Below are positions 26,015-36,430 of a DNA stretch of 36,430 nt, one piece after another. The position numbers were made by a program, and so were the translations under genes. Origin of the DNA: Nemertoderma westbladi. Its lineage: Eukaryota > Animalia > Xenacoelomorpha. Numbering within the stretch: position 1 is the stretch's first letter; each line of letters opens with the position of its first letter. The notes beneath the pieces are model-generated. The model was not told the DNA's origin, did no database searches, and saw only the letters and a program-made list of their open reading frames with translations. The stretch covers positions 1-36,430 of the forward strand of contig JAUCBJ010009119.1 in assembly GCA_032718475.1 (NCBI GenBank), written 5' to 3'.

Positions 26015-26100
26015 TAGGGCTGGCAATCCCGGAGGGTTATTGAAATCCCGGGATCAGAAATGGTCCAATCCCAGGATCCCGGGATTAATCCCGGGATTTA
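26015..26100. mobile_element. hAT-like MITE terminus (other end not found)
   Basis: Begins TAGGGCTGGCAATCCCGG followed by repeated ATCCCGGGAT palindromes; starts exactly where RTE identity stops. Confidence 0.55.
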
Positions 26101-26557
26101 GAATTTCAGGAATAATGTAGGTGAAAAAATACTTGTGTCAATTAATAGCAATTAATTTCCTTTTTTTAATATTAATATTAGGTATCTATTACTGATACAG
26201 TTAAAGTAGTTAACCTATAGTTAACTAATATACAGTAGTTAACCTATAGTTAACTATTATACTGTAGTTAACAAACAGTTAATAAACTGTAGTTAATCGT
26301 TAAAAATTGTTCGGCATTCTTCAGCGAATTTCTTAATATGCGAACTGACTGAATTATGTGAAATTGGCAAGGTGTATCCAGACCTTTGAAAAAGACGACG
26401 TAAATCACACGATGTCTCGAACACAGAAAATGGAAGGCCATCCACTGCTATTAATCTAGCTAGTTGAGTGAAATATTCCTTGGACCCAAAGTAGTTGTCG
26501 ATTGTTAAAGTTTTTTGAATAGGCCTTGCTTTATTAGTAGATTTAGTAGATTAGTGA

Positions 26558-26877
26558 TTATTGATTTACAATTAAAATTGCATTATTATCAATTAATTCA
26601 CACGCAGGCTCTAACCGCCTAATGACAGTCAATACGGAGTAATTCCTTCCCGTGTCTTAGCAACGCTGAGAATGTCCTGGCCTGTTAGAGGCAGACTGCT
26701 GCTGGTTGGGGATGGTAGGATAGCATTAATTCCCTAAACATTCACTCACTCCCCATAGAACTGGCTGACGGGGGTGTGTGTGTGTGTGTTTAGGTATCAG
26801 TTATTCAATGACATTAATATTATTACTAATGAAGGAATAGTGCTCCTTCAATACATCTCAACAGACATCAATTCATT
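26558..26877 (+). repeat. 320-bp direct duplicate of 29926-30245
   Basis: No differences seen by eye, including the (GT)n tract; constant offset 3368. Confidence 0.93.
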
Positions 26878-27370
26878 TTGTCAAATAAATATTCACATTC
26901 TTTAACAAATTAATTTTGTTAATTTTTTAACAAACATTCCTATATGATATGATGATCTTGATGAATATTTCATATTTACCACTTTGACAATCTCTTTAAT
27001 AAGGGGAGTTCAGTAATTGACTAGAAATTTCTAACCCGTCATTTAGGAAACTGGATTTTATCCAAAGTAATTGCTGTTTAGCCTACTTAGATACAATAGG
27101 TGAAAAAAAATATATTTCATATAAATATATTATTAAAAAATAATATAAAAAATTATTTCAATAAAAAATTTGAGGAATTTTAATTCTCTAGTCGACAGAC
27201 AGTCGAGTGTCTGTTTTTTGGATAACCGTTAGACAGACATTGTAGGTTTTTTCTAAATTGTGTAAAATTACATCGGAGATTGTTGGACAGTATATAATGT
27301 TGGGAACAACAATAATAAGAAACACACGACGATTGTCAATAAGTATGGAATATTATAATAAATCGTTTAG
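26875..27370 (+). repeat. 496-bp direct duplicate of 34250-34745
   Basis: No differences seen by eye; constant offset 7375; overlaps the preceding duplicate by ATT. Confidence 0.93.
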
Positions 27371-27494
27371 AATAGTAGTAGTGAAATTGTGAATCCCAGG
27401 CATAACCAAGAAAGTTCAACTTTTTGATCCTATAACAATTTTTCTAGAACTGTACAAAGTTGATATAATTAGAGAATTAGAGAAAAACACTTAA

Positions 27495-28727
27495 GGCCCC
27501 GGTAGCACTACTTCAATAATTTTTTTCAAAAATTTTTTTAATTTCATCTAGAGCAGATTTATCAAGATTCCAAATTTGAAAACCGCTTAGCAAGATCTGA
27601 CCTATTTCTCGAGATAATGCTGTCTGTCCGTTTTACTGTCGGTTTGTCCGTCAGTATGTCTGTCCGTCAATAAAAAACATACGATTTGTCTAATAAAATT
27701 CCCTATGTGGGTTTTCGTGGTCGGTGACTTCATTTCTGATGTCATTAATCAAATTTGCCCTCGTCGGTTCTGTCTGTATGCCTGTCAGTCTGTCTGTCAA
27801 AATATAACCGACAGTCTGACAGCGAAACAGACAATTTGGAAGTCATCAAATGTTAAAATTGACACTCGAAATGAATTCTGCGACCAGGAAAACCCCTATA
27901 GCTAAACTTTTAGCTCAATGCTGTGCCTTTTTCTAATATTTGAGAGACAGATAAGTCGGATGGTCAGAAAGACCGACAGACAAACATTCAGACAAACTAG
28001 ATTTCATTAAAATTGAAAACTGACCTCAGAAATGAAATCAGCTACCAGGAATACCCCCATAGCAAAATTTTTAGCATGGTTTATGCTTTCTTGTTGATAC
28101 CTATATATTGACAAACTTTCTCACATATTAACAGACAATTTTTGCGCGGGAAGGTTCAAATTTTAAAGGCAATTATCTCGGAATGGTTTTTTTTTGCATA
28201 AAAATAGCTTCAGACAATTCAATTTTCAATAAATTTTCAAAAATTTTGCTCAGAGGGGTTCTCTGATGTGCTCTTTCTTCAGATATCTCGATCTCGAATT
28301 CTGATTGTTTTATTCCAATAAGGAAATGATTGGCCAAAATTGAATAAAATATTTATAATTTTTAATTTGTCAAAATCAAACAATAAACAAAACAAAAAAC
28401 AGCACCAAAATGACAATTGTTAATTAATTTTTGAAATTTTGCTTCGAGATATCGAAAGAGCGTACATTTTTGATGCGATTTGAAAAATTAGAAAGGAAAA
28501 TACTCAAGATTGAATCTGATGAAGGTTTTTGGATTTTTGTCCAAAAATTTGTCAATATTTGTTAATATTTTTCCAAATTTTTGAAAAATTTGAATTTTTT
28601 ATTTTTATTCATAATTACAAATCTTCCATTGACCTTCATACCAAGTTATATGGTCGTTTCTGACAATGAGAAGTTTCTCTAACAAGGCAATATAAAAATC
28701 ATGTCCATGTAGCGCTACCGCGGGGCC
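27495..28727. mobile_element. Non-autonomous Kolobok-like element, 1233 bp
   Basis: TTAA on both sides; TIRs GGCCCC--GGTAGCACTAC versus GGCCCCGCGGTAGCGCTAC; GG termini with TTAA TSD fit Kolobok rather than piggyBac; internal CTGT/ACAG microsatellite modules in inverted arrangement. Confidence 0.75.
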
Positions 28728-29925
28728 TTAAAATAATACCTAGGCCAACGTATCGTATGTTTTCATTTTTATGTATTTACTGTAGTACTAAAGAATTTAA
28801 CTTGCTTAGTACCCAATCCTACTTGATATGTTCATGCAATCATATGTATTCAAAAATATACATTATAATATTATACACATATATTACACACATATTATAC
28901 ATTATAATATATACATATATATATACATATACGTTTTCTTCTTATATATTAAGAAAATCAGAATTAAAGCATTTAACTATATTATCGACTGTATTAATGT
29001 TACGAACATCATGTAGTCAATAATATACTATTATTAGGCACTACATACTGCGAAATTAAATAAATGTTTCTTAGGTTTAGTTAATTATTTATTTCAAGTT
29101 CATTGGTTATTTTGATTATTATCACAAATAGCAATAAAAATATTAAAATATTTAGTTAAAATTGGTAGCAAAATGAAATCTACGTATTGTTTCCTCACAT
29201 CAAAATCATATTGCCGAGTTAGTTACGAATACAAGGATTTTAAGATTATGGCTGCCTGCCCATTGAACCCTTTCTATTTCTCAAGAATATTCCAGAACAT
29301 TATTTGTTATCCAATCACATATTATTGTCTGACACGGCTGCACATTGTTAAATGTTTAACATTCGGTAGAGTTAATGATTGTGTAAACTCTACCTGAAAT
29401 GTGCTCAATCACACTGGGGACCGGGTCGTGATTGGAGAAAAACTTAAACACACCAGTGAAATGTGTATGTTTGAGGACCCCAGTTCAACCTATGAGTAAC
29501 AAATTAGCAATCTTTAGAGTTGATAAATTTTGAAACAATAGAATGACGTAAAATGGTCTCCTGAGTCTATTGGTGCCAAAATAATTTAATTTAAACCAAG
29601 AATAAAGAAGTTATAAGGGAATCAATATCGACCCCAGAACCGACCGATAGAAATAACGGTCCCCAGAATGGGGGTTGTACAAAGAGGGGTGTGTGTGTGT
29701 GTGTGTCGGTAGCCATAAATGTCGGAAGCCATAATCGAAGTTAATATCTTCAGTTAAATTGTATGGTTGAATCGAATTATTTCGATTCTTCTATCGGTAA
29801 TTAATTATTTAGGGGGGTAACATTTATCCCATCTGGTATAAAATTAACATGGGTAGATTCGCCGTGTCCCATTCTATCAAAGTCTTTACTTTATACTCGA
29901 GATTAATGTCAAGTTTTATAGTTAT

Positions 29926-30245
29926 TTATTGATTTACAATTAAAATTGCATTATTATCAATTAATTCACACGCAGGCTCTAACCGCCTAATGACAGTCAA
30001 TACGGAGTAATTCCTTCCCGTGTCTTAGCAACGCTGAGAATGTCCTGGCCTGTTAGAGGCAGACTGCTGCTGGTTGGGGATGGTAGGATAGCATTAATTC
30101 CCTAAACATTCACTCACTCCCCATAGAACTGGCTGACGGGGGTGTGTGTGTGTGTGTTTAGGTATCAGTTATTCAATGACATTAATATTATTACTAATGA
30201 AGGAATAGTGCTCCTTCAATACATCTCAACAGACATCAATTCATT
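29926..30245 (+). repeat. Partner of the duplicate at 26558-26877
   Basis: Direct sequence match. Confidence 0.93.
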
Positions 30246-30448
30246 GCCTGTGCCTACCAACGCGTGCTCCATAACATAACAACATATATCCTTGATTTCC
30301 ATCACCTCTCACCACAATTATTATTAGTAATTAAAAGTTTCAATTCGGTTTGTCGTTCCGTTATCTGGTTATTCAGTTATTGCATTATTAATAAATAAAT
30401 GTTTTAAAATATATCTTACGAAATATGGTTAATAATTAAAACTTGTCG

Positions 30449-30988
30449 CTAACATTCTCACTATGGGGGTTTTAAGGAGTGCTGATTACATTTCTGATGT
30501 CAGTTTTCACGTTTACATAAATCTAGTCTGTCTGTCTGTCGGTCTTTCTGTCAGTCAGTCTGTCAAAACATAAAAGAGAATTCAAATTAACTAACATTCT
30601 CGCTATTGGGGTTTTAAGGGGTGCTGATTTCATTTCTGATGTCAGTTTTCAGGTTTACATAAATATAGTCTGTCTGTATGTCGGTCTTTCTGTCAGTCAG
30701 TCAGTCTGTCAAAACTTAAAAAATAATACAAACTAACTAACATTCTCGTTATGGGGGTTTTAATGGGTGCTAATTTTATTTCAGATGTCAGTTTTCACGT
30801 TTAAAAAAATCTAGTCTGTCTGGCTGTCGGTCTTTCTGTCAGTCAGTCTGTGAAAACTTAAGAAAGTATACTAACTAACCAACATTCTCGCTATGGTGGT
30901 TTTAAGGGTTGCTGATTTCATTTTTGATGTCAGTTTACACGTTTACATAAATCTAGTCTGTCTGTCTGTCGGTCTTACTGCCAGTCTG
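30449..30988. repeat. Tandem repeat, 142-146-bp unit, about 3.8 copies
   Basis: C(T/C)AACATTCTC recurs at 30449, 30591, 30737 and 30879; each unit has GCTGATT..ATTTCTGATGTCAGTTTTCA and a TCTG/TCAG microsatellite. Confidence 0.9.
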
Positions 30989-31164
30989 TACTACTGTACT
31001 GTGGTTGGCATTACGCCATATACCTAACACTAATAATACAGTCTACAATACAGCCTATCTACAGTACAGAATGGATTTTTTGCCACGAAGAGCAATAAAT
31101 GTCATTAATACTATCCACCAGTATACCTACTCCAAGAGCCTTCCAATAAAACATGTATTCCAGC

Positions 31165-31232
31165 ATGACGTCCACTGCACGTCTTCGTGCTGTCCATTGT
31201 GACGTGCAGTGGACGTCATAGGCTCTAAGGGG
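31165..31232. mobile_element. piggyBac-like terminus with 19-bp subterminal inverted repeat
   Basis: ATGACGTCCACTGCACGTC (31165-31183) and its perfect inverse (31201-31219), then ...TAAGGGG|TTAA; matching left end not found. Confidence 0.55.
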
Positions 31233-31236
31233 TTAA

Positions 31237-31593
31237 GCAACACGGTCCCTACTTCGCCCTGTCGACACCCCAGCCATTTTTCACCTATCCTTTTTTAGAG
31301 TTTTTTAATTTTTTTGGTATTGGTGAAAGTTCTACAACATTAGTAGATATGTTTTTTATGATAGCTAGTATTTTTTGAAATTATAAAAAATGTGAAAGTC
31401 CATGATATTTCAGGTTAAACTGTTGAAGAATATATTAATGACCAAAATAATTTCCAAAAATTACTAGCTAGTAAAAAATACTAGCTATATACCATTAAAA
31501 ATCTACTAAGGTTCTAGAATATTCACTAGTATAAAAAAAGCACTCAAAATCACAAAAAATAAAGGTTAAAAAACTCATTCGGGACCCTTTTGC
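31237..31593. mobile_element. TTAA-flanked palindromic MITE, 357 bp
   Basis: TTAA-GCAACACGGTCCC ... GGGACCCTTTTGC-TTAA (11/13 TIR match); inner halves are imperfect inverted copies (TTAGTAGAT/ATCTACTAA, TAGCTAGTATTTTT/AAAAATACTAGCTA). Confidence 0.7.
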
Positions 31594-33040
31594 TTAAGGA
31601 GTCAAAATTGTAGAACAAATTCCCGAAGTTTGCGACGTTTGCGAAATTCGCGAAGAATCCGTCAGTTTCTGTGCCCTAATGGTTTCGTGACGAAACAATC
31701 AAATCTTACACACTTAACACACGCGAACTAATTTAATGTGTGTATTAGTATGCATGAATCATTAAATACAAATTAAATTAATGAACGCTATTTCAACATG
31801 AAAACTACGGAATCAATACACAACACACCCACACTACTGAAATCAAAAATTTATATAGATTGCAACTTATACTTGGCTACCTTTTAGGCCTAATGGGTGA
31901 CTAATTTAATTATTCACCCCTATATATTTGTAGCCTTTTTAATTTGTGCCTCTAATTGAATCAAACATTAAACTAAAATATATGTCACAATATTGGTCTG
32001 TCGGTAGCTGGTCAATGAATCTCTCATAAATTTGTTAATTAGTCGCTGCTCAGTCATTGAACATTTGAACACGTGCTGCTCGAAGACCCCACAACGTGTA
32101 CCGATGTGTATATATATCGATGAAATCTATCCAAATTTGGTACACATGTAGTCTAGCAAAAGTTTAGAAATTTTCCAAGTTAAATTTCCGTGTGGCCTTC
32201 GAGAAGCTAAGATAATAGCAGTTAATTAATTAAATTAAAATTAATTAAGTTGGTTGGGGTAAAAACAGCATTTCAAGCCTGTCTTTTAATGGAAATTAAT
32301 TATTTTAGAGAAAGATATAAATAATTATACATAAAAGTTATACAGCTGTAATTCACATACCCCATTCCATTAAAGTTTTTAATTAGTTTAAGTGATTTGC
32401 TTTAAAAAATGTGTTTTTAATTGATCTAAACGTAATTAAGTATCAAAATGCCCTCGCCACTCTATACCTCCCTCATTCCTTGGCATACTAGCTGTCTATT
32501 GCCTACTACTTGGCTATGGGTAATTACATCTATATAGGACATAAAGGCAGGGCACTACTAGTGTAACTAATAAGCCAGCTCGCTTTATCCTGCCTTTCAT
32601 TTATCCTCTGTGCTCCTTTGGGTTGGGGTGGTGTAAAATAAGATGGCGGTTGAAGCAAGGGGAAACCTCTCTTCTTTGATTTATTCTTATTAGCGGTTTG
32701 GTTAAATTTCTTAATTATTTATTTAAATTTCTTAAGTACCGATTTTGGGATAGAATTGCTCAATTTTAATCAATTTGGTGATGGTTCATGGTTATTAATA
32801 TACACTACTATTTATCAGCCACCCTTAGCGGTAACCATAGTAACTAAGTGGGCCCATAAAGATCGTATAATATTTTTCTCCAAACATGTACCATCACCAA
32901 TAATAATAATTTGTTAACTCATTAATATTATTTACTTTAGTTTATAAATTTTTATTATTTCAGAACCCTATATTATTTTATTTGTTTGAAGTTTAAAGTT
33001 GAATTTTTATATAAATAATTAATATTTAATAGAATCAACC

Positions 33041-33796
33041 ATGTTAATGATTTACATATCTGCCTTTCTTTTGATCCATCTGATATCTTTATGCCACGGA
33101 ATAGATGACACCTACGATCCTACCAAACTCACCATAGAAGATCCTATTGGTAAGAACTGCGTGGAGGAGGGAGATAACTTAACGTTAAGTTATGAATTCA
33201 CAAGCGATATAGTCATCAAGGATATAAGATGGATCCGTGGAAGGATTGGCGGTTATCGTGTATTTGAGTTGAACTACGAGGATGGGGAAATAAACGGGGA
33301 GCAATACGAGGACGGTTATACTAATAATAGTGTAATAGTTTCAGTTACGGGACGACCTGTAGTAATCAGAGTTACTTATACTAACATCCATGTTACAAGT
33401 AAGAGAGAGGAAGGGCGGCATATAAAATGGGAGGTTGGGAAACACTGGATGTATATATGGATAGTGAAGCAGGGCGATGATGATTGGACACGCCTGAAAC
33501 CATCAATAGAAATACACGAGTGCGCGGTTAATACGGAATCGGACCAACAACAAACAACTGAAGAAGGGAAAGATGTAGTTGAACCTAACGGCTCAAACTC
33601 CATCGCACCCGATATAACAACCACTGGTGTTATAGAAGATGTAGTTGAACCAAACGGCCCAACCTCAATCGCACTCAATGTAACAACCACTGGTGTTATA
33701 GAAGATGCAGTTAAACCTAACGGCCCAACCTCCATCGCACTCAATGTAACCCCTAGTATATTACTTACTCTCCTCCTATTGGTTATTGTATTATGA
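33041..33796 (+). CDS. Secreted, probably GPI-anchored cell-surface protein with an atypical Ig-like domain and 22-aa stalk repeats (251 aa)
   Basis: ACC-ATG start; signal peptide ending ...SLCHG; VEEGDNLTLSY...IRWIRG resembles Ig strands A'-B-C; N-glycosylation sequons; Thr/Pro-rich repeats; hydrophobic C-terminus ILLTLLLLVIVL with no cytoplasmic tail; long open frame in AT-rich DNA; candidate 5'UTR acceptor ttattattttcAG near 32963. Confidence 0.8.
   Translation: MLMIYISAFLLIHLISLCHGIDDTYDPTKLTIEDPIGKNCVEEGDNLTLSYEFTSDIVIKDIRWIRGRIGGYRVFELNYEDGEINGEQYEDGYTNNSVIVSVTGRPVVIRVTYTNIHVTSKREEGRHIKWEVGKHWMYIWIVKQGDDDWTRLKPSIEIHECAVNTESDQQQTTEEGKDVVEPNGSNSIAPDITTTGVIEDVVEPNGPTSIALNVTTTGVIEDAVKPNGPTSIALNVTPSILLTLLLLVIVL
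33570..33751 (+). repeat. 66-bp in-frame coding repeat, about 2.7 copies
   Basis: AAGATG(T/C)AGTT(G/A)AACC at 33570, 33636 and 33702, encoding DVVEPNG..SIA...TTTGVIE. Confidence 0.9.
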
Positions 33797-34249
33797 AGGA
33801 ATTAACTGAGAATGAAATCTGATTGGCTTATTATTATTGGCTGATTGGCGTTATTTTTGCATATTTTTTCGTAATATAATTAACAACTAACAATTACTAA
33901 TTATCTGGAATCTCAAAAATAATAAGTAAAGATTCGCGCCATAAGATGAATAATGTAAATAATCCAATTGAATCTAACTGATAATAATTATTACGTTTTC
34001 TTGTAACAAAATTTATAGATTATGTCCAAATGTTTTTAGTGAATTAACATTTACGCTTGTGGCAGCTAGAGGGCGACGAAATTTTAACACATATTTTTAA
34101 TCCAATTTTTTACCCTAAGTTAGTCCCATAAAGTCATAAAAAATACAAAGTACCCAAAAACAGAAATTATATCCATTTAAGTTACGGCGTTGTCGATTAT
34201 GAAAGAGCTAATCCTATTGGCTAGTTACCTGAATATTATATGATCAGAT

Positions 34250-34745
34250 ATTTTGTCAAATAAATATTCACATTCTTTAACAAATTAATTTTGTTAATTT
34301 TTTAACAAACATTCCTATATGATATGATGATCTTGATGAATATTTCATATTTACCACTTTGACAATCTCTTTAATAAGGGGAGTTCAGTAATTGACTAGA
34401 AATTTCTAACCCGTCATTTAGGAAACTGGATTTTATCCAAAGTAATTGCTGTTTAGCCTACTTAGATACAATAGGTGAAAAAAAATATATTTCATATAAA
34501 TATATTATTAAAAAATAATATAAAAAATTATTTCAATAAAAAATTTGAGGAATTTTAATTCTCTAGTCGACAGACAGTCGAGTGTCTGTTTTTTGGATAA
34601 CCGTTAGACAGACATTGTAGGTTTTTTCTAAATTGTGTAAAATTACATCGGAGATTGTTGGACAGTATATAATGTTGGGAACAACAATAATAAGAAACAC
34701 ACGACGATTGTCAATAAGTATGGAATATTATAATAAATCGTTTAG
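34250..34745 (+). repeat. Partner of the duplicate at 26875-27370
   Basis: Direct sequence match. Confidence 0.93.
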
Positions 34746-36430
34746 TTACTGTAATTAATCTTTAGATAAATATCATTAAATTGTATGAAAAAATGTATCT
34801 TGTCTATATCTCATGATGTGAAATATGGTTACACATAGAAAGCTGAAGGGTCTAACATACAGTACCTACTGTAGAAGTGCAAACAATGTAAATGTAATAT
34901 AATTAATCATGGAGTTAATTAACAGAGTAAGGTTAACATTATAATTCACATAAAAATCTGCACCAGAGGGAATTGAAAATGATAAATCGCCTTTGAGCGC
35001 TGCGGCGACACAAAACGTATTTATGTACCGCGCTGGTGCATCAAGGGGACTTACATAAATAGAAATGGTTCATAAACTCTGAATAGTAGCCCTTTTCTGA
35101 CAATTATGTATTATTTTACCTAATTTTGTTTTAACTTAGCGGTGATCTGAACATTTAATTAATCACTTTAATTAATGTAATTGTATTGTTTAATTTTACA
35201 GAAAATATTGATCCTTTTATTGAACTACAACCAACACTTACGCTACTTACACATGGAATGCAATGGCTATCATCCATGCTAGAGAAATGTAGAATACTCA
35301 AGACGTATTCTAGAAGTCAATTGTTTCTAAGAGATGAGTGTTTTCTTTGCAGTTGATATTTAGGATCGCTCTATTAATTTGACATAATTGTAACAAAAAC
35401 ATGTTTGTAGTTATTTCAGTTTAATTTCGTAATTATAATTATATAAGATTGTATTCATGATATATTAAGTTTTCATTAATTATTGATATGAAAAAAACAA
35501 TATTAGTGTTTTCTATAATTACCGAATATCGCATTAAACTCTCTTTCCTGGTAACACGATTACTATGACTACGATAACTAAAACAATAAGTTAAAGTGAT
35601 AGTTCATCCGCCATCCATGTTGTGTTTCCTAGCAACTATACACAATACAGACCGTAGTGCTTCTCCTTGGTCTGTTACACTGTAGCAACAACCGCACTGT
35701 TAATAAAATGTCGGCCCATAAGTTTTTAGACAAACGATTGTAGATTGCAAAAGCAAAAGGACTTATCAAATTAAATAAATATTTACACTGTAAATGGCAT
35801 GGGCTTAGTTAGTCTACTCTGAATATTATTTTAAATTTAAATTTTTAAATTAATTAATTTTATGCCGGTACTTCACTTTCCGTTCACTAGTACCCAAGGT
35901 ATTGTTCGTGGTAATTTCCTGCACATTTAAGGCCCGGGTTCTTACCTTGAATCAATCCTCGCGCCCACGCGCTCCGGCCCTTCGCGATTTCAGGTACGGC
36001 CCGCCCCCCCTACTCCACTCTGCTCGCTTCCTCTCCACTCCGATTTTCGCGTTTTTAGAATATTCGGTGACGGTTCTATTTAAACACTATTCTGTGATCA
36101 ATGCGGATATTTCTTTATTATATTTTAATATTTTACATTTTTTTAACAATTAAATTAAATTAAGCTTTCTAAATTAAGACGTCAACAAACGTCATTGTAA
36201 TTTGAAACCCTGGCCTCTCATTGGCTAGTAACTGGCGAAGCTGTAATAATTAAATTGATGAATGTGAATGAAAAGGAAATTAAGATTGGTTCGCTTATGA
36301 AGTTATCGGTATTATTAATTGTTAATATTTTTAATTGTTAATAACGGAAATATTGTTGTAAATTCGTTAAAGTGCATTGATAGTAGGTATTCATACTTGG
36401 TATTCATATTACGAGCTATTCATACTTGCA

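Noticed and set aside
23941-26043. Antisense and alternate-frame ORFs over the RTE copies, and ORFs crossing the N gap
   Set aside because: Shadows of the RT frame or artefacts of translating through N.
28757-29023. Ile/Tyr-rich ORFs
   Set aside because: TA/CA low-complexity sequence.
32639-32650. YY1-like AAGATGGCGG motif upstream of the Ig-like gene
   Set aside because: A single short motif with no TSS evidence.
33376-33744. 122-aa antisense ORF
   Set aside because: Shadow of the repeat-containing + strand gene.
35930-36216. Possible MITE (AGGCCCGGGTT ... AACCCTGGCCT) and 83-aa ORF
   Set aside because: Short imperfect TIR with no TSD; ORF has a non-ATG start and no motif.

Overview
AT-rich, transposon-dense animal (probably invertebrate) genomic DNA; the taxon cannot be fixed from the sequence. 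The first 10.07 kb is an uninterrupted array of a 19-bp unit (CTTAAACATTATACGACTA) that runs off the left edge, is C-over-G skewed on the + strand and gains variants towards its inner end. It is a candidate non-canonical telomere; the alternative is a large intronic minisatellite. Pointing into the array is an EB1/MAPRE gene (- strand) of which I find only the CH-domain exon and a linker exon. The rest is a patchwork of non-autonomous DNA transposons (hAT-, piggyBac-, Kolobok-, Merlin-like and a Helitron-like end), two tRNA-derived SINE-like copies, a BEL/Pao relic, a 33-bp repeat in a broken reading frame, two inverted RTE-type LINE fragments around a 100-N gap, an 813-bp chimeric copy of two downstream segments, a MITE-related 143-bp tandem repeat, and an intact single-exon ORF for a secreted, probably GPI-anchored, atypical Ig-like protein. 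All alignments and counts were done by eye.
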